The position numbers and the translations under genes were made by a program. The notes beneath the pieces were generated by a model. That model was not told where the DNA came from, did not search any database, and saw only the letters and a list, made by a program, of their open reading frames with translations. A DNA stretch of 64,000 nucleotides from Pseudomonadota bacterium (lineage in GTDB: Bacteria > Pseudomonadota > Alphaproteobacteria > Rhodobacterales > Rhodobacteraceae): the NCBI GenBank assembly GCA_021845805.1, contig JAJZVD010000008.1, forward strand, positions 2,739-66,738. Direction: 5' to 3'. Positions 30,979 through 39,289 of this stretch are shown piece by piece. Each line of letters opens with the position of its first letter. Position 1 is the first letter of the stretch.

Positions 30979-31068
30979 CGGGGCACGGGCGCGGGGGGTG
31001 GGCCGCGCCCCTCCCCCTTGCGCCTGCCGTGCCGCCGCCGCAGAGTCGCGCGAAACGCCGGAGGCCCC

Positions 31069-31461
31069 ATGACCCTGCTTGCTGCTGCCACCAAGGTTCG
31101 CGAGAACGCCTATGCCCCCTATTCCCGGTTCAAGGTGGGGGCGGCGCTGCGCTCGACCGCGGGCGGGCTGCATGTCGGCTGCAACGTGGAAAATGTGGCC
31201 TATCCCGAAGGCACCTGTGCCGAGGCGGGCGCGATCGCCGCGATGATCGCCGCGGGCGACCGCCGGATCGCCGAGATTCTGGTGATCGCCGACAGCCCCG
31301 CGCCGGTGCCGCCCTGCGGCGGCTGCCGCCAGAAGATCGCGGAATTCGCCGACCCCACGGTGCCGGTGACGCTGTGCACCACCGATGGCGCCAGCCTCAC
31401 GATGACGGTGGCCGACCTGCTGCCCGGCGCCTTCACGCTGGCGCATATGGACAAGGCGTAA
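31069..31461 (+). CDS. cdd: Cytidine deaminase
   Basis: AYAPYSRFKVGAAL, GCNVENVAYP, CAE, PCGGCRQ. Confidence 0.96.
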   Translation: MTLLAAATKVRENAYAPYSRFKVGAALRSTAGGLHVGCNVENVAYPEGTCAEAGAIAAMIAAGDRRIAEILVIADSPAPVPPCGGCRQKIAEFADPTVPVTLCTTDGASLTMTVADLLPGAFTLAHMDKA

Positions 31462-31462
31462 G

Positions 31463-32770
31463 ATGGACGCCCGCGCGATCATCGCGGGGCTGCGGCAGGG
31501 CCGCCCGCCGTCAGCCGAGGCGCTCGCCTGGTTCGCCGACGGGCTGGCCAGTGGCGCGGTGTCGGATGCGCAGGCGGGGGCCTTCGCCATGGCGGTATGC
31601 CTGAAGGGGCTTGGCCCCGCGGGCCGGGTGGCGCTGACCCGCGCGATGCGGGATTCGGGCGCGGTGCTGGACTGGGATCTGCCCGGCCCGGTGCTGGACA
31701 AGCATTCCACCGGGGGCGTGGGCGATTGCGTCTCGTTGCTGCTGGCCCCGGCGCTGGCGGCCTGCGGTGCCTTCGTGCCGATGATCTCGGGCCGCGGTCT
31801 GGGCCATACCGGCGGCACGCTGGACAAGCTCGAGGCGATCCCCGGCCTGCGCTGCGACGTGACGGCGGAGCGGTTGCGCAAGGTCACCGCCGATGTGGGC
31901 TGCGCGATCGTTGCCGCCAACGCCGGGATCGCCCCCGCGGACAAACGGCTTTACGCGATCCGCGATGTCACCGGCACGGTCGACTCGATCGACCTCATCA
32001 CCGCGTCCATCCTGTCGAAGAAGCTCGCCGCCGGGCTGGAAGGGCTGGTGCTGGATGTGAAGGCGGGATCGGGCGCCTTCATGAAGACGGTGGACGAGGC
32101 GCGGACGCTGGCCGTGGCGCTGGTGGAAACCGCACAGGGCGCGGGCTGCATGACGCGCGCGCTGATTACCGACATGAGCCAGCCTCTGGCCGCCGCGGCG
32201 GGCAACGCGCTCGAGGTGGCCGAGGTGCTGGAAACCCTCACCGGCACGTCGGTGAACGCCGCGCTCTGGGATCTGACCGTGGCGCTGGGGGGCGAGGCGC
32301 TGGCGCTGGGCGGGCTGGCCGCGGATGCCGAGGACGGCGAACACCGGATCACCGAGGCGCTGGAAACCGGCCGTGCCGCCGAGGTGTTCGGCGAGATGGT
32401 GGCCGCGCTGGGCGGGCCGGTGGATTTCGTGGAACGCTGGCCCGACCGGCTGCCCGCCGCGCCCGTCATGCGCCCGCTGACCCCGCCGCGGCGCGGCTTC
32501 GTGACGGCCATCGACGGCGAGGCGCTGGGGCTGGCCGTGGTGGCGCTGGGCGGCGGCCGCCAGCGCGAGGGCGACCGGATCAACCCGTCCGTGGGGCTGG
32601 CCGACATTGCGGGCATCGGCGAGCATGTCTCGCCCGACCTGCCGCTGGCGATGGTTCACGCCGCCTCCGAGGCCGATGCCGACCGGGTGCAGGCGGCGCT
32701 GGTGGCGGCCTTCACCATCGGGGAAACCCCGGTGGACGACCCGCCGCTGGTCTGGGAAAGGATCGGCTGA
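31463..32770 (+). CDS. deoA: Thymidine phosphorylase
   Basis: DKHSTGGVGD, MISGRGLGHTGGTLDKLEAIPG, SILSKKLAAG. Confidence 0.96.
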   Translation: MDARAIIAGLRQGRPPSAEALAWFADGLASGAVSDAQAGAFAMAVCLKGLGPAGRVALTRAMRDSGAVLDWDLPGPVLDKHSTGGVGDCVSLLLAPALAACGAFVPMISGRGLGHTGGTLDKLEAIPGLRCDVTAERLRKVTADVGCAIVAANAGIAPADKRLYAIRDVTGTVDSIDLITASILSKKLAAGLEGLVLDVKAGSGAFMKTVDEARTLAVALVETAQGAGCMTRALITDMSQPLAAAAGNALEVAEVLETLTGTSVNAALWDLTVALGGEALALGGLAADAEDGEHRITEALETGRAAEVFGEMVAALGGPVDFVERWPDRLPAAPVMRPLTPPRRGFVTAIDGEALGLAVVALGGGRQREGDRINPSVGLADIAGIGEHVSPDLPLAMVHAASEADADRVQAALVAAFTIGETPVDDPPLVWERIG

Positions 32771-33948
32771 TGGCGCGCGCCTTCCTGATCGTGATGGATT
32801 CCGTGGGCATCGGCGGGGCGCCGGATGCGGGGGCCTATTTCAACGGCAGCGTGCCCGATACCGGTGCGAACACGCTGGCCCATATCGCCGCCGCGCGCGG
32901 GTTGCGGCTGCCGGTGCTGGACGGGCTGGGGCTTGGGGCGGCGGTGCGGCTGGCCTCGGGCGTGGCGGTGCCGGGGCTTGGCGCCGAACCGGCCGGGCGC
33001 TGGGGGGCGGCCACGGAAGTGTCGCGCGGCAAGGACACGCCCTCGGGCCACTGGGAACTGGCGGGCGTGCCGGTGCCCTGGGACTGGGCCTATTTTCCGA
33101 ATGAAACCCCGGCCTTCCCGCCCGATCTTGTGGCCGCCGTCTGCGCCGAGGCAGGCACCGCGGGCATCCTTGGCAACTGCCACGCCTCGGGCACCGAGAT
33201 CATCGACCGGCTGGGGGCGGACCATCTGCGGACCGGCTGGCCGATCTGCTACACCTCGGCCGACAGCGTGTTCCAGATCGCCGCGCATGAAGAGGGCTTC
33301 GGGCTCGACCGGCTGATCGCGCTGTGCCGCGCGGTGGCGCCGCGGCTGCATGCGATGAAGGTTGGCCGGGTGATCGCACGCCCCTTCACCGGCGCGCCGG
33401 GCCGCTTTGTGCGCACCGCGAACCGGCGCGATTTTGCCATCGCCCCGCCTGCGCCGACGCTGCTCGACTGGGTGCAGGGGGCGGGCCGGATGACCCATGC
33501 GGTGGGCAAGATCGGCGACATCTTCTCGATGCGGGGGGTGGGTCAGTTGCACAAGGGCAAATCCGACGCTGACCTTTTCGAACATCTTCTGCGGCTCGCA
33601 GGGGGTGCAGAGGACGGTTCCTTGACCTTTGCCAACTTTGTCGAGTTCGACAGCCTCTATGGCCACCGGCGCGACCCCGAAGGCTACGGGCGCGCGCTGG
33701 AATGGTTCGACGCCCGGGTGGGGGCGCTGTTGCCGCGTCTGCGGTCCGGCGATCTGGCGATCTTCACCGCCGATCACGGCAACGACCCGACCTGGAGCGG
33801 CACCGACCACACCCGCGAACGGGTGCCGGTGCTGGTGCAGGGCGCGGGCGCCGGGCCGCTGGGCCTTGTGGCCTTCACCGACATCGCGGCCTCGATCGCC
33901 GCGCATCTGGGCGTGCAAAGCCACGGCCCCGGACGGAGTTTCCTATGA
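32770..33948 (+). CDS. deoB: Phosphopentomutase
   Basis: MARAFLIVMDSVGIG, SRGKDTPSGHWE, YTSADSVFQIAAHE, TADHGNDPT..GTDHTRE; TGATG overlap with deoA. Confidence 0.96.
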   Translation: MARAFLIVMDSVGIGGAPDAGAYFNGSVPDTGANTLAHIAAARGLRLPVLDGLGLGAAVRLASGVAVPGLGAEPAGRWGAATEVSRGKDTPSGHWELAGVPVPWDWAYFPNETPAFPPDLVAAVCAEAGTAGILGNCHASGTEIIDRLGADHLRTGWPICYTSADSVFQIAAHEEGFGLDRLIALCRAVAPRLHAMKVGRVIARPFTGAPGRFVRTANRRDFAIAPPAPTLLDWVQGAGRMTHAVGKIGDIFSMRGVGQLHKGKSDADLFEHLLRLAGGAEDGSLTFANFVEFDSLYGHRRDPEGYGRALEWFDARVGALLPRLRSGDLAIFTADHGNDPTWSGTDHTRERVPVLVQGAGAGPLGLVAFTDIAASIAAHLGVQSHGPGRSFL

Positions 33949-34934
33949 CTGCCAAGGACTTGCCAAAGGTTGAATTGCACCTGCACCTGGAAGGCGCGGC
34001 GCCGCCCGCCTTTATCCGGGGGCTGGCGCGGGAAAAGAAGATCGACATTTCCGGCATCTTCGCCGAGGACGGCAGCTATGCCTATCGCGACTTCTGGCAT
34101 TTCCTGAAGGTCTACGATGCGGCCACATCGGTCCTGACCTCGCCCGAGGATTACCGCCGCCTGACCCTTGCGGTACTTGAGGAAAGCGCCGCAAGTGGCG
34201 TGATCTACACGGAAACCTTCCTGTCGCCCGATTTCTGCGGCGGCCGCGATCTGGGAGCCTGGCGGGAATATCTGGCCGCCATCCGCGAGGCGGGCGAAGA
34301 GGGCGAACGCAAGATGGGCATCACGCTGCGCGCCATCGTCACCGCGGTGCGCCACATCGGCCCCGACGCCGCGCGCGAAACGGCACGCTGCGCGGCCGAG
34401 ACGGCGGGCGACTTCCTGACCGGTTTCGGCCTGGCGGGCGACGAGAAGATGCACCGGCCCAAGGATTTCGCCTGGGCCTTCGACGCCGCGCGCGAGGCGG
34501 GGCTGCGGCTCACGGCCCATGCCGGCGAATGGGGCGGCCCCGAGTCGATCCGCGACGCGCTGGCCGACCTGCGCCCCGAACGCATCGGCCACGGCGTGCG
34601 CGCGATCGAGGATCTGGCCCTGGTGGACCGGCTGGCCGAGGATGGCGTGGTGCTGGAGGTCTGCCCCGGCTCGAACATCGCGCTGGGGCTCTATCCCGGC
34701 TGGCGGCAGCATCCGATCGCCGAACTGGACCGGCGCGGGGTGAAGGTGACGATTTCCACCGACGATCCGCCCTTCTTCCACACCACGATGGCGCGGGAAC
34801 ACGACCGTCTGGCCGAGGCCTTCGACTGGGATGAAGGCCAGTTCCGCCGCATCCACACCCTTGCCGCGCGCGCGGCCTTCTGCGACGAGACCACCCGCGA
34901 CCGTATCCTCAAGCGACTGGAGGCCCCCACATGA
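33945..34934 (+). CDS. add: Adenosine deaminase
   Basis: [35 protein letters not shown]; ATGA overlap with deoB. Confidence 0.94.
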   Translation: MTAKDLPKVELHLHLEGAAPPAFIRGLAREKKIDISGIFAEDGSYAYRDFWHFLKVYDAATSVLTSPEDYRRLTLAVLEESAASGVIYTETFLSPDFCGGRDLGAWREYLAAIREAGEEGERKMGITLRAIVTAVRHIGPDAARETARCAAETAGDFLTGFGLAGDEKMHRPKDFAWAFDAAREAGLRLTAHAGEWGGPESIRDALADLRPERIGHGVRAIEDLALVDRLAEDGVVLEVCPGSNIALGLYPGWRQHPIAELDRRGVKVTISTDDPPFFHTTMAREHDRLAEAFDWDEGQFRRIHTLAARAAFCDETTRDRILKRLEAPT

Positions 34935-35563
34935 CCGAGACCCTGATCGTCGTCGATCACCCGCTGGTGCAGCACAAGCTGACCATCATGCGCGACAAGG
35001 ACACCTCGACCGCCAGCTTCCGTCGCCTGCTGCGGGAAATCAGCCAGCTTCTGGCCTACGAGGTCACCCGCGGCCTGCCGATGACGACGAAGCGCATCGA
35101 GACCCCCCTGTGCGAGATGGACGCCCCATCCATCGAGGGCAAGAAACTGGTGCTGGTCTCGATCCTGCGCGCGGGCAACGGGCTTCTGGACGGGATCCTG
35201 GAGCTGGTGCCGGCGGCGCGCGTGGGCTTCATCGGATTGTACCGCGATCCGGAAACGCTGCAGCCGGTGCAATACTACTACAAGGTGCCGTCGGAACTGG
35301 ATGACCGGATGGTGATCGTGGTCGATCCGATGCTGGCCACGGGCAATTCCTCGGTCGCTGCGGTGGACCTGCTGAAGAAGTCGGGCGCGCGCAACATCCG
35401 CTTCATGTGCCTGCTGGCCGCCCCCGAAGGCATCAAGCGCATGCAAGAGGCGCATCCCGACGTGCCGATCATCACAGCGGCAGTAGACAGCCACCTGAAC
35501 GACCATGGATATATTGTCCCCGGGCTAGGGGATGCGGGCGACCGCATGTTCGGCACGAAATAA
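34931..35563 (+). CDS. upp: Uracil phosphoribosyltransferase
   Basis: [42 protein letters not shown]. Confidence 0.98.
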   Translation: MTETLIVVDHPLVQHKLTIMRDKDTSTASFRRLLREISQLLAYEVTRGLPMTTKRIETPLCEMDAPSIEGKKLVLVSILRAGNGLLDGILELVPAARVGFIGLYRDPETLQPVQYYYKVPSELDDRMVIVVDPMLATGNSSVAAVDLLKKSGARNIRFMCLLAAPEGIKRMQEAHPDVPIITAAVDSHLNDHGYIVPGLGDAGDRMFGTK

Positions 35564-35579
35564 CGGGTCAAACCCCTTT

Positions 35580-35607
35580 ACTGATTCGAATCAGTCCGGC
35601 ATGATTC
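35580..35607. promoter_or_regulatory. Cluster of three GANTC (CcrM) sites in GcrA-type TGATTCG context
   Basis: Perfect palindrome ACTGATTCGAATCAGT (35580-35595) holds two sites; a third TGATTCG starts at 35602. Confidence 0.6.
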
Positions 35608-35631
35608 GCCCAAGGTCCAGTTGGGGGTGTC

Positions 35632-36492
35632 GTGATGCGGTCCAGGGTTGCAGCCGTGGCGGTTCTTGCCGTCTTGTCCGGTCCGACTGTTTCCGGGGCG
35701 GACTCAATCTCGCGCATCGGCCCGCCGAAGGAACTGCCGCCCGCCTCGTTCACCGGATCGCAATACGTGGACAGCCGTGGCTGCGTCTACATGCGGGCGG
35801 GCTATAACGGCGTGGTGAAATGGGTGCCGCGGATCGGGGATTCGCATCGGGTGCTCTGCGGCTATCAGCCGACGCTGGCCGCCGAAGAGCCGCCTGCCGC
35901 CCCGGTTGCCGTCGCCGCGGCGCCCGTGCCTGCCGCGCCGACAGCCCCGATGCCTGCCCCGGTGGCCGCAGCCCCGATGCCCGGCCCTGTGACGCCCGCG
36001 CCCGCCACGGCCGCGATCACGCCGCCGCCTGGCTATGCCTGGGTCTGGCAGGACGGTCGGCTGAACCCGCTGCGCGGCCGCGGCACGGCCGAGGGGCAGG
36101 CGGCGATGTACCGGGTCTGGACCGACACGGTTCCGATGCGGGCCCTTCCCGCCCCGGCAACGGAGGTTCTGCCCGCGGCCTATGTCGCGCCGGCACCGGC
36201 GGGCACCACCCGGCTGTCGACGATGAACGGCCCCGCGGCGCTTCCCGCGCCCACGCAGGCCACACCCGTCCGCGCCGCCGGGGCCTTCGTGCAGGTGGGC
36301 AGCTTCTCGGTTGCCTCCAACGCGGCGGGGGCGGCCGCGCGGCTTCGGGCGCTGGGCCTGCCGGTAACGGTGGCGCCGGGGCGGGCGCTGCAATCGGTGC
36401 TGGCCGGCCCCTTCGCCGATCCGGCCGCCGCCGAGGCCGCGCTGCGCGCGGTCCGCGGTGCGGGCTTTGCCGACGCCTATCTGCGCGGCTGA
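35632..36492 (+). CDS. SPOR domain-containing exported protein
   Basis: Signal peptide; PKELPP..F.GSQYVDSRGCVYMRAG...WVPR domain; Pro/Ala linker; C-terminal SPOR FVQVGSFS...NA...VLAGPF...AGFADAY. Confidence 0.9.
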   Translation: MMRSRVAAVAVLAVLSGPTVSGADSISRIGPPKELPPASFTGSQYVDSRGCVYMRAGYNGVVKWVPRIGDSHRVLCGYQPTLAAEEPPAAPVAVAAAPVPAAPTAPMPAPVAAAPMPGPVTPAPATAAITPPPGYAWVWQDGRLNPLRGRGTAEGQAAMYRVWTDTVPMRALPAPATEVLPAAYVAPAPAGTTRLSTMNGPAALPAPTQATPVRAAGAFVQVGSFSVASNAAGAAARLRALGLPVTVAPGRALQSVLAGPFADPAAAEAALRAVRGAGFADAYLRG

Positions 36493-37521
36493 TCAGGGCC
36501 CGCAGATCCCCTGCAACGCGACCCAGTCGCCATCGCTCAGCAGCGGCTTCGGCTGCCCGGTCCGCGCGAAGGGGTCGGCCGCGACCAGCGTCGGATCGCC
36601 GCCATTGGCCGGATCGATCGCCGCGGCATAGGGCAGCAAGGGCACATCGGCCGCGGCAAAGCGTCTGGCCAGATCCTCGGGCAGCAGCGTGGCCTCGGGC
36701 GCGGTCAGCACCGCCTGGGCATAGCCCTGCAACGCCGCCGCGGGCAGATCGCCTGTGGTCAGAAGCTGAAACGCCCCCTCGATGCCGACCCAGCGCAGCA
36801 GCGGCAGCATCGGGTCCTGCCGGTCCGCGCGCATGTCCTCGGCCAGAAGATAGCCCGCGGCCACGTCCGGGCCGTCGTGATCCTCGATCAGGTGGCGGCT
36901 CAGCACCAGGATGCCGCCCGGAAGATGCGCGGCGGGCACCGGCGTGTCGCGCAGGATCACCACGGTTTCCTTCGGGTTCGGGCCGAAGATGCGGGCGGTC
37001 AGGCGGGCCAGCGGGCGGCGGGCCTGCGCGGCGTGGCAGGGGGTGCCGCTCAGATGCTCAAGGTCGGCCAGCACCGCGCGGCCGATGTCCTGCCGCTTGG
37101 TCCAGGGCACCACCCGGGCGGTATGGCTGACCAGCGCGCCGGGCAGCCAGAACACGCCCACCGCCATCACCGCCGCCAGCGCCGCGAACAGAAGCCGCCG
37201 TCGCATCCGCCCGGGATGGGGCCGCTGCGCCTCGAGCGCGTCATGCACGGTTTCCAGCGCGCCGATCATCGTGCGGTCGTCGATCTCCAGCGTCTCGCCC
37301 GCGGTGCTGGTGCCGGGGCTGTACAGCGCGGGCATCTCGCCGGGGTTCATCCGTTCGACCGCGGGCAGCGACCAGTGCGTCAGCGGCACCTCGCTGCGGC
37401 TATCCGACAGGATCAGGGTCGCCTCGCGGAAGGACACGATGACATCGCGGCGCTGCGCGGCAGGGCTTTCGCGCCACAGGCCCTGGCATTCCAGTCGGAC
37501 GTATTTCTTCAGCGCCGTCAT
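36493..37521 (-). CDS. Conserved single-TM protein resembling a degenerate M48 peptidase
   Basis: MTALKKYVRLEC..., TM helix LLFAALAAVMAVGVFWLP, then AHLPGGILVLSRHL...GYLLAE (HEXXH absent). Confidence 0.75.
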   Translation of the reverse strand: MTALKKYVRLECQGLWRESPAAQRRDVIVSFREATLILSDSRSEVPLTHWSLPAVERMNPGEMPALYSPGTSTAGETLEIDDRTMIGALETVHDALEAQRPHPGRMRRRLLFAALAAVMAVGVFWLPGALVSHTARVVPWTKRQDIGRAVLADLEHLSGTPCHAAQARRPLARLTARIFGPNPKETVVILRDTPVPAAHLPGGILVLSRHLIEDHDGPDVAAGYLLAEDMRADRQDPMLPLLRWVGIEGAFQLLTTGDLPAAALQGYAQAVLTAPEATLLPEDLARRFAAADVPLLPYAAAIDPANGGDPTLVAADPFARTGQPKPLLSDGDWVALQGICGP

Positions 37522-37679
37522 GCGCGGCTGTATTCCTGCCGGTTTGCCCTTTGCCGTGACCTTAGCCGAGCAGGCCGGGTGCCTCAATGGGCGGTGCGGC
37601 ACGTTCCCGGCGTCGTGTGTCGCTTCCGGGCAGGCAGAGGGGGGCCGGACGGGGCAGACAGGGCGGCGGAGGATCTTGC

Positions 37680-38627
37680 ATGACAGTGCCGCATCGCGCC
37701 AACCGCCCGCTGGCGGCTGCCGGACTGATGGTGATTGCCGCGGCGATCATCGGCTTTACCGACAATTTCGTGCAGGTGATCGCCGGGCGGCAGGGGCTGT
37801 GGCAGTTCCACCTGACCCGCTCGGCGTTGGCGCTGCCGATGATGGCGCTGGCGGCGCCGGTCCTGGGGCTCAGGCTGCGCCCGACCCGGTGGCGCGGGGT
37901 GATCGCGCGCAGCGCGGTGATGTCCACCTCGATGGTGATCTACTTCGGCTGCCTTGCGTTCCTGTCGGTGGCCGAGGTCGCGGCGGGGCTCTTCACCGCG
38001 CCGATCTTCGTGCTGTTGATCTCGCGGATCGCCTTCGGGCAGCGGTTCGGGCTGTGGCGGCTGTTCGCGGTCTTCCTGGGCTTCGGCGGCGTCGTGCTGG
38101 TGCTGGGGCTGGGGGCGGGGCAGGTGCGGCTTGTCTCGGTCGCGCCGATCGGGGCGGCGGTGCTCTATGCCATCTCGAACATCGCCACCCGCGAATGGTG
38201 CGCGGGCGAAAGCGCGGCCACGCTGACGGGCGGCTTCTTCGCGGCGCTGGGGCTCTGGGGCGCCCTGGGCCTGATCCTGGCGGCGCTGGTGCCCCATCTG
38301 GTCCCCGCGGGGGCCGATGGCTTCATCCTGCGCGGCTGGGTTGCGCCCGATCTGCCGTTTCTGGCCGTCACCGCGATGCAGGCGGCGGGCTCGCTGATCG
38401 GGGTGGGGCTGATGGTGCGCGCCTACCAGCTGGCCGAGGCGAGCCAGGTCGCCGTCTTCGAATACCTGCTGCTGATCGCTTCGGCGATCTGGGGTGCGGT
38501 GCTCTGGGGGCAGAGCTTTGGCGCCGGCGCGATCCTCGGCATGGCGGCGATCATCGGGGCAGGGGCGATCATCGCCCTGCGCGCCCGCTTTACGCCCGCG
38601 GGGGAACCGGCCACACTGGTCGCATGA
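37680..38627 (+). CDS. DMT/EamA family transporter
   Basis: About 10 TM helices in two EamA halves (FTAPIFVLLIS, RAYQLAEASQVAVFEY); GGAGG RBS. Confidence 0.9.
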   Translation: MTVPHRANRPLAAAGLMVIAAAIIGFTDNFVQVIAGRQGLWQFHLTRSALALPMMALAAPVLGLRLRPTRWRGVIARSAVMSTSMVIYFGCLAFLSVAEVAAGLFTAPIFVLLISRIAFGQRFGLWRLFAVFLGFGGVVLVLGLGAGQVRLVSVAPIGAAVLYAISNIATREWCAGESAATLTGGFFAALGLWGALGLILAALVPHLVPAGADGFILRGWVAPDLPFLAVTAMQAAGSLIGVGLMVRAYQLAEASQVAVFEYLLLIASAIWGAVLWGQSFGAGAILGMAAIIGAGAIIALRARFTPAGEPATLVA

Positions 38628-39286
38628 TCCTGTCGCGCGGCCGCCGCTACCTGTTCCTGCACGCCCCCAAGACCGGGGGCACCGCCCTGACGCTGGCGCT
38701 CGAGGCGCGGGCGATGAAGGATGGCATCTTCGTGGGCGATACGCCCAAGGCGCGGGCGCGGGCCGGGCGGCTGAAGGGCGTCAAGACGGCGGGGCGGCTC
38801 TGGAAACACTCGGCGCTGGCCGATCTGGACGGGCTGGTCAGCGCCGAGGACCTGCCGGGCCTTTTCGTGCTGACGCTGGTCAGAAACCCCTGGGACCGGG
38901 TGGTCAGCTATTACCACTGGCTCAGGGTGCAGGGCTTCGCGCATCCGGCGGTGGGGCTGGCCAAGCTTTTGCCCTTCGGTCAATTCGTCGCCCATCCGCA
39001 GACCCGGGCGGCGCTGTCGGCCTGGCCCTATGGTGCCTATGTCCGGGCGCGGGGCGGGGCGGAACGCTGCGACCTGTTCGCCCGGCTGGAACACCTGCAG
39101 GCCGATCTGGCCCCGTTCGAGGCGCATCTGGGCTTTGCCCTGGGCCCGGTGGCGCGGTCCAATGCCTCGGACCGCCCGCGCGACTGGCGCCCGTTCTACA
39201 CGGACGCCACCGCGGCCCTGGTGGCCGAGGTCTGCGCCGAGGATGCGGCCCGCTTCGGCTACGGCTTCGACGACGCGGGCCGCTGA
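38624..39286 (+). CDS. Sulfotransferase family 2 protein
   Basis: 5'-PSB motif HAPKTGGT, 3'-PB motif VRNPWDRVVSYY, RLEHL; ATGA overlap with the DMT gene. Confidence 0.85.
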   Translation: MILSRGRRYLFLHAPKTGGTALTLALEARAMKDGIFVGDTPKARARAGRLKGVKTAGRLWKHSALADLDGLVSAEDLPGLFVLTLVRNPWDRVVSYYHWLRVQGFAHPAVGLAKLLPFGQFVAHPQTRAALSAWPYGAYVRARGGAERCDLFARLEHLQADLAPFEAHLGFALGPVARSNASDRPRDWRPFYTDATAALVAEVCAEDAARFGYGFDDAGR

Positions 39287-39289
39287 GGC

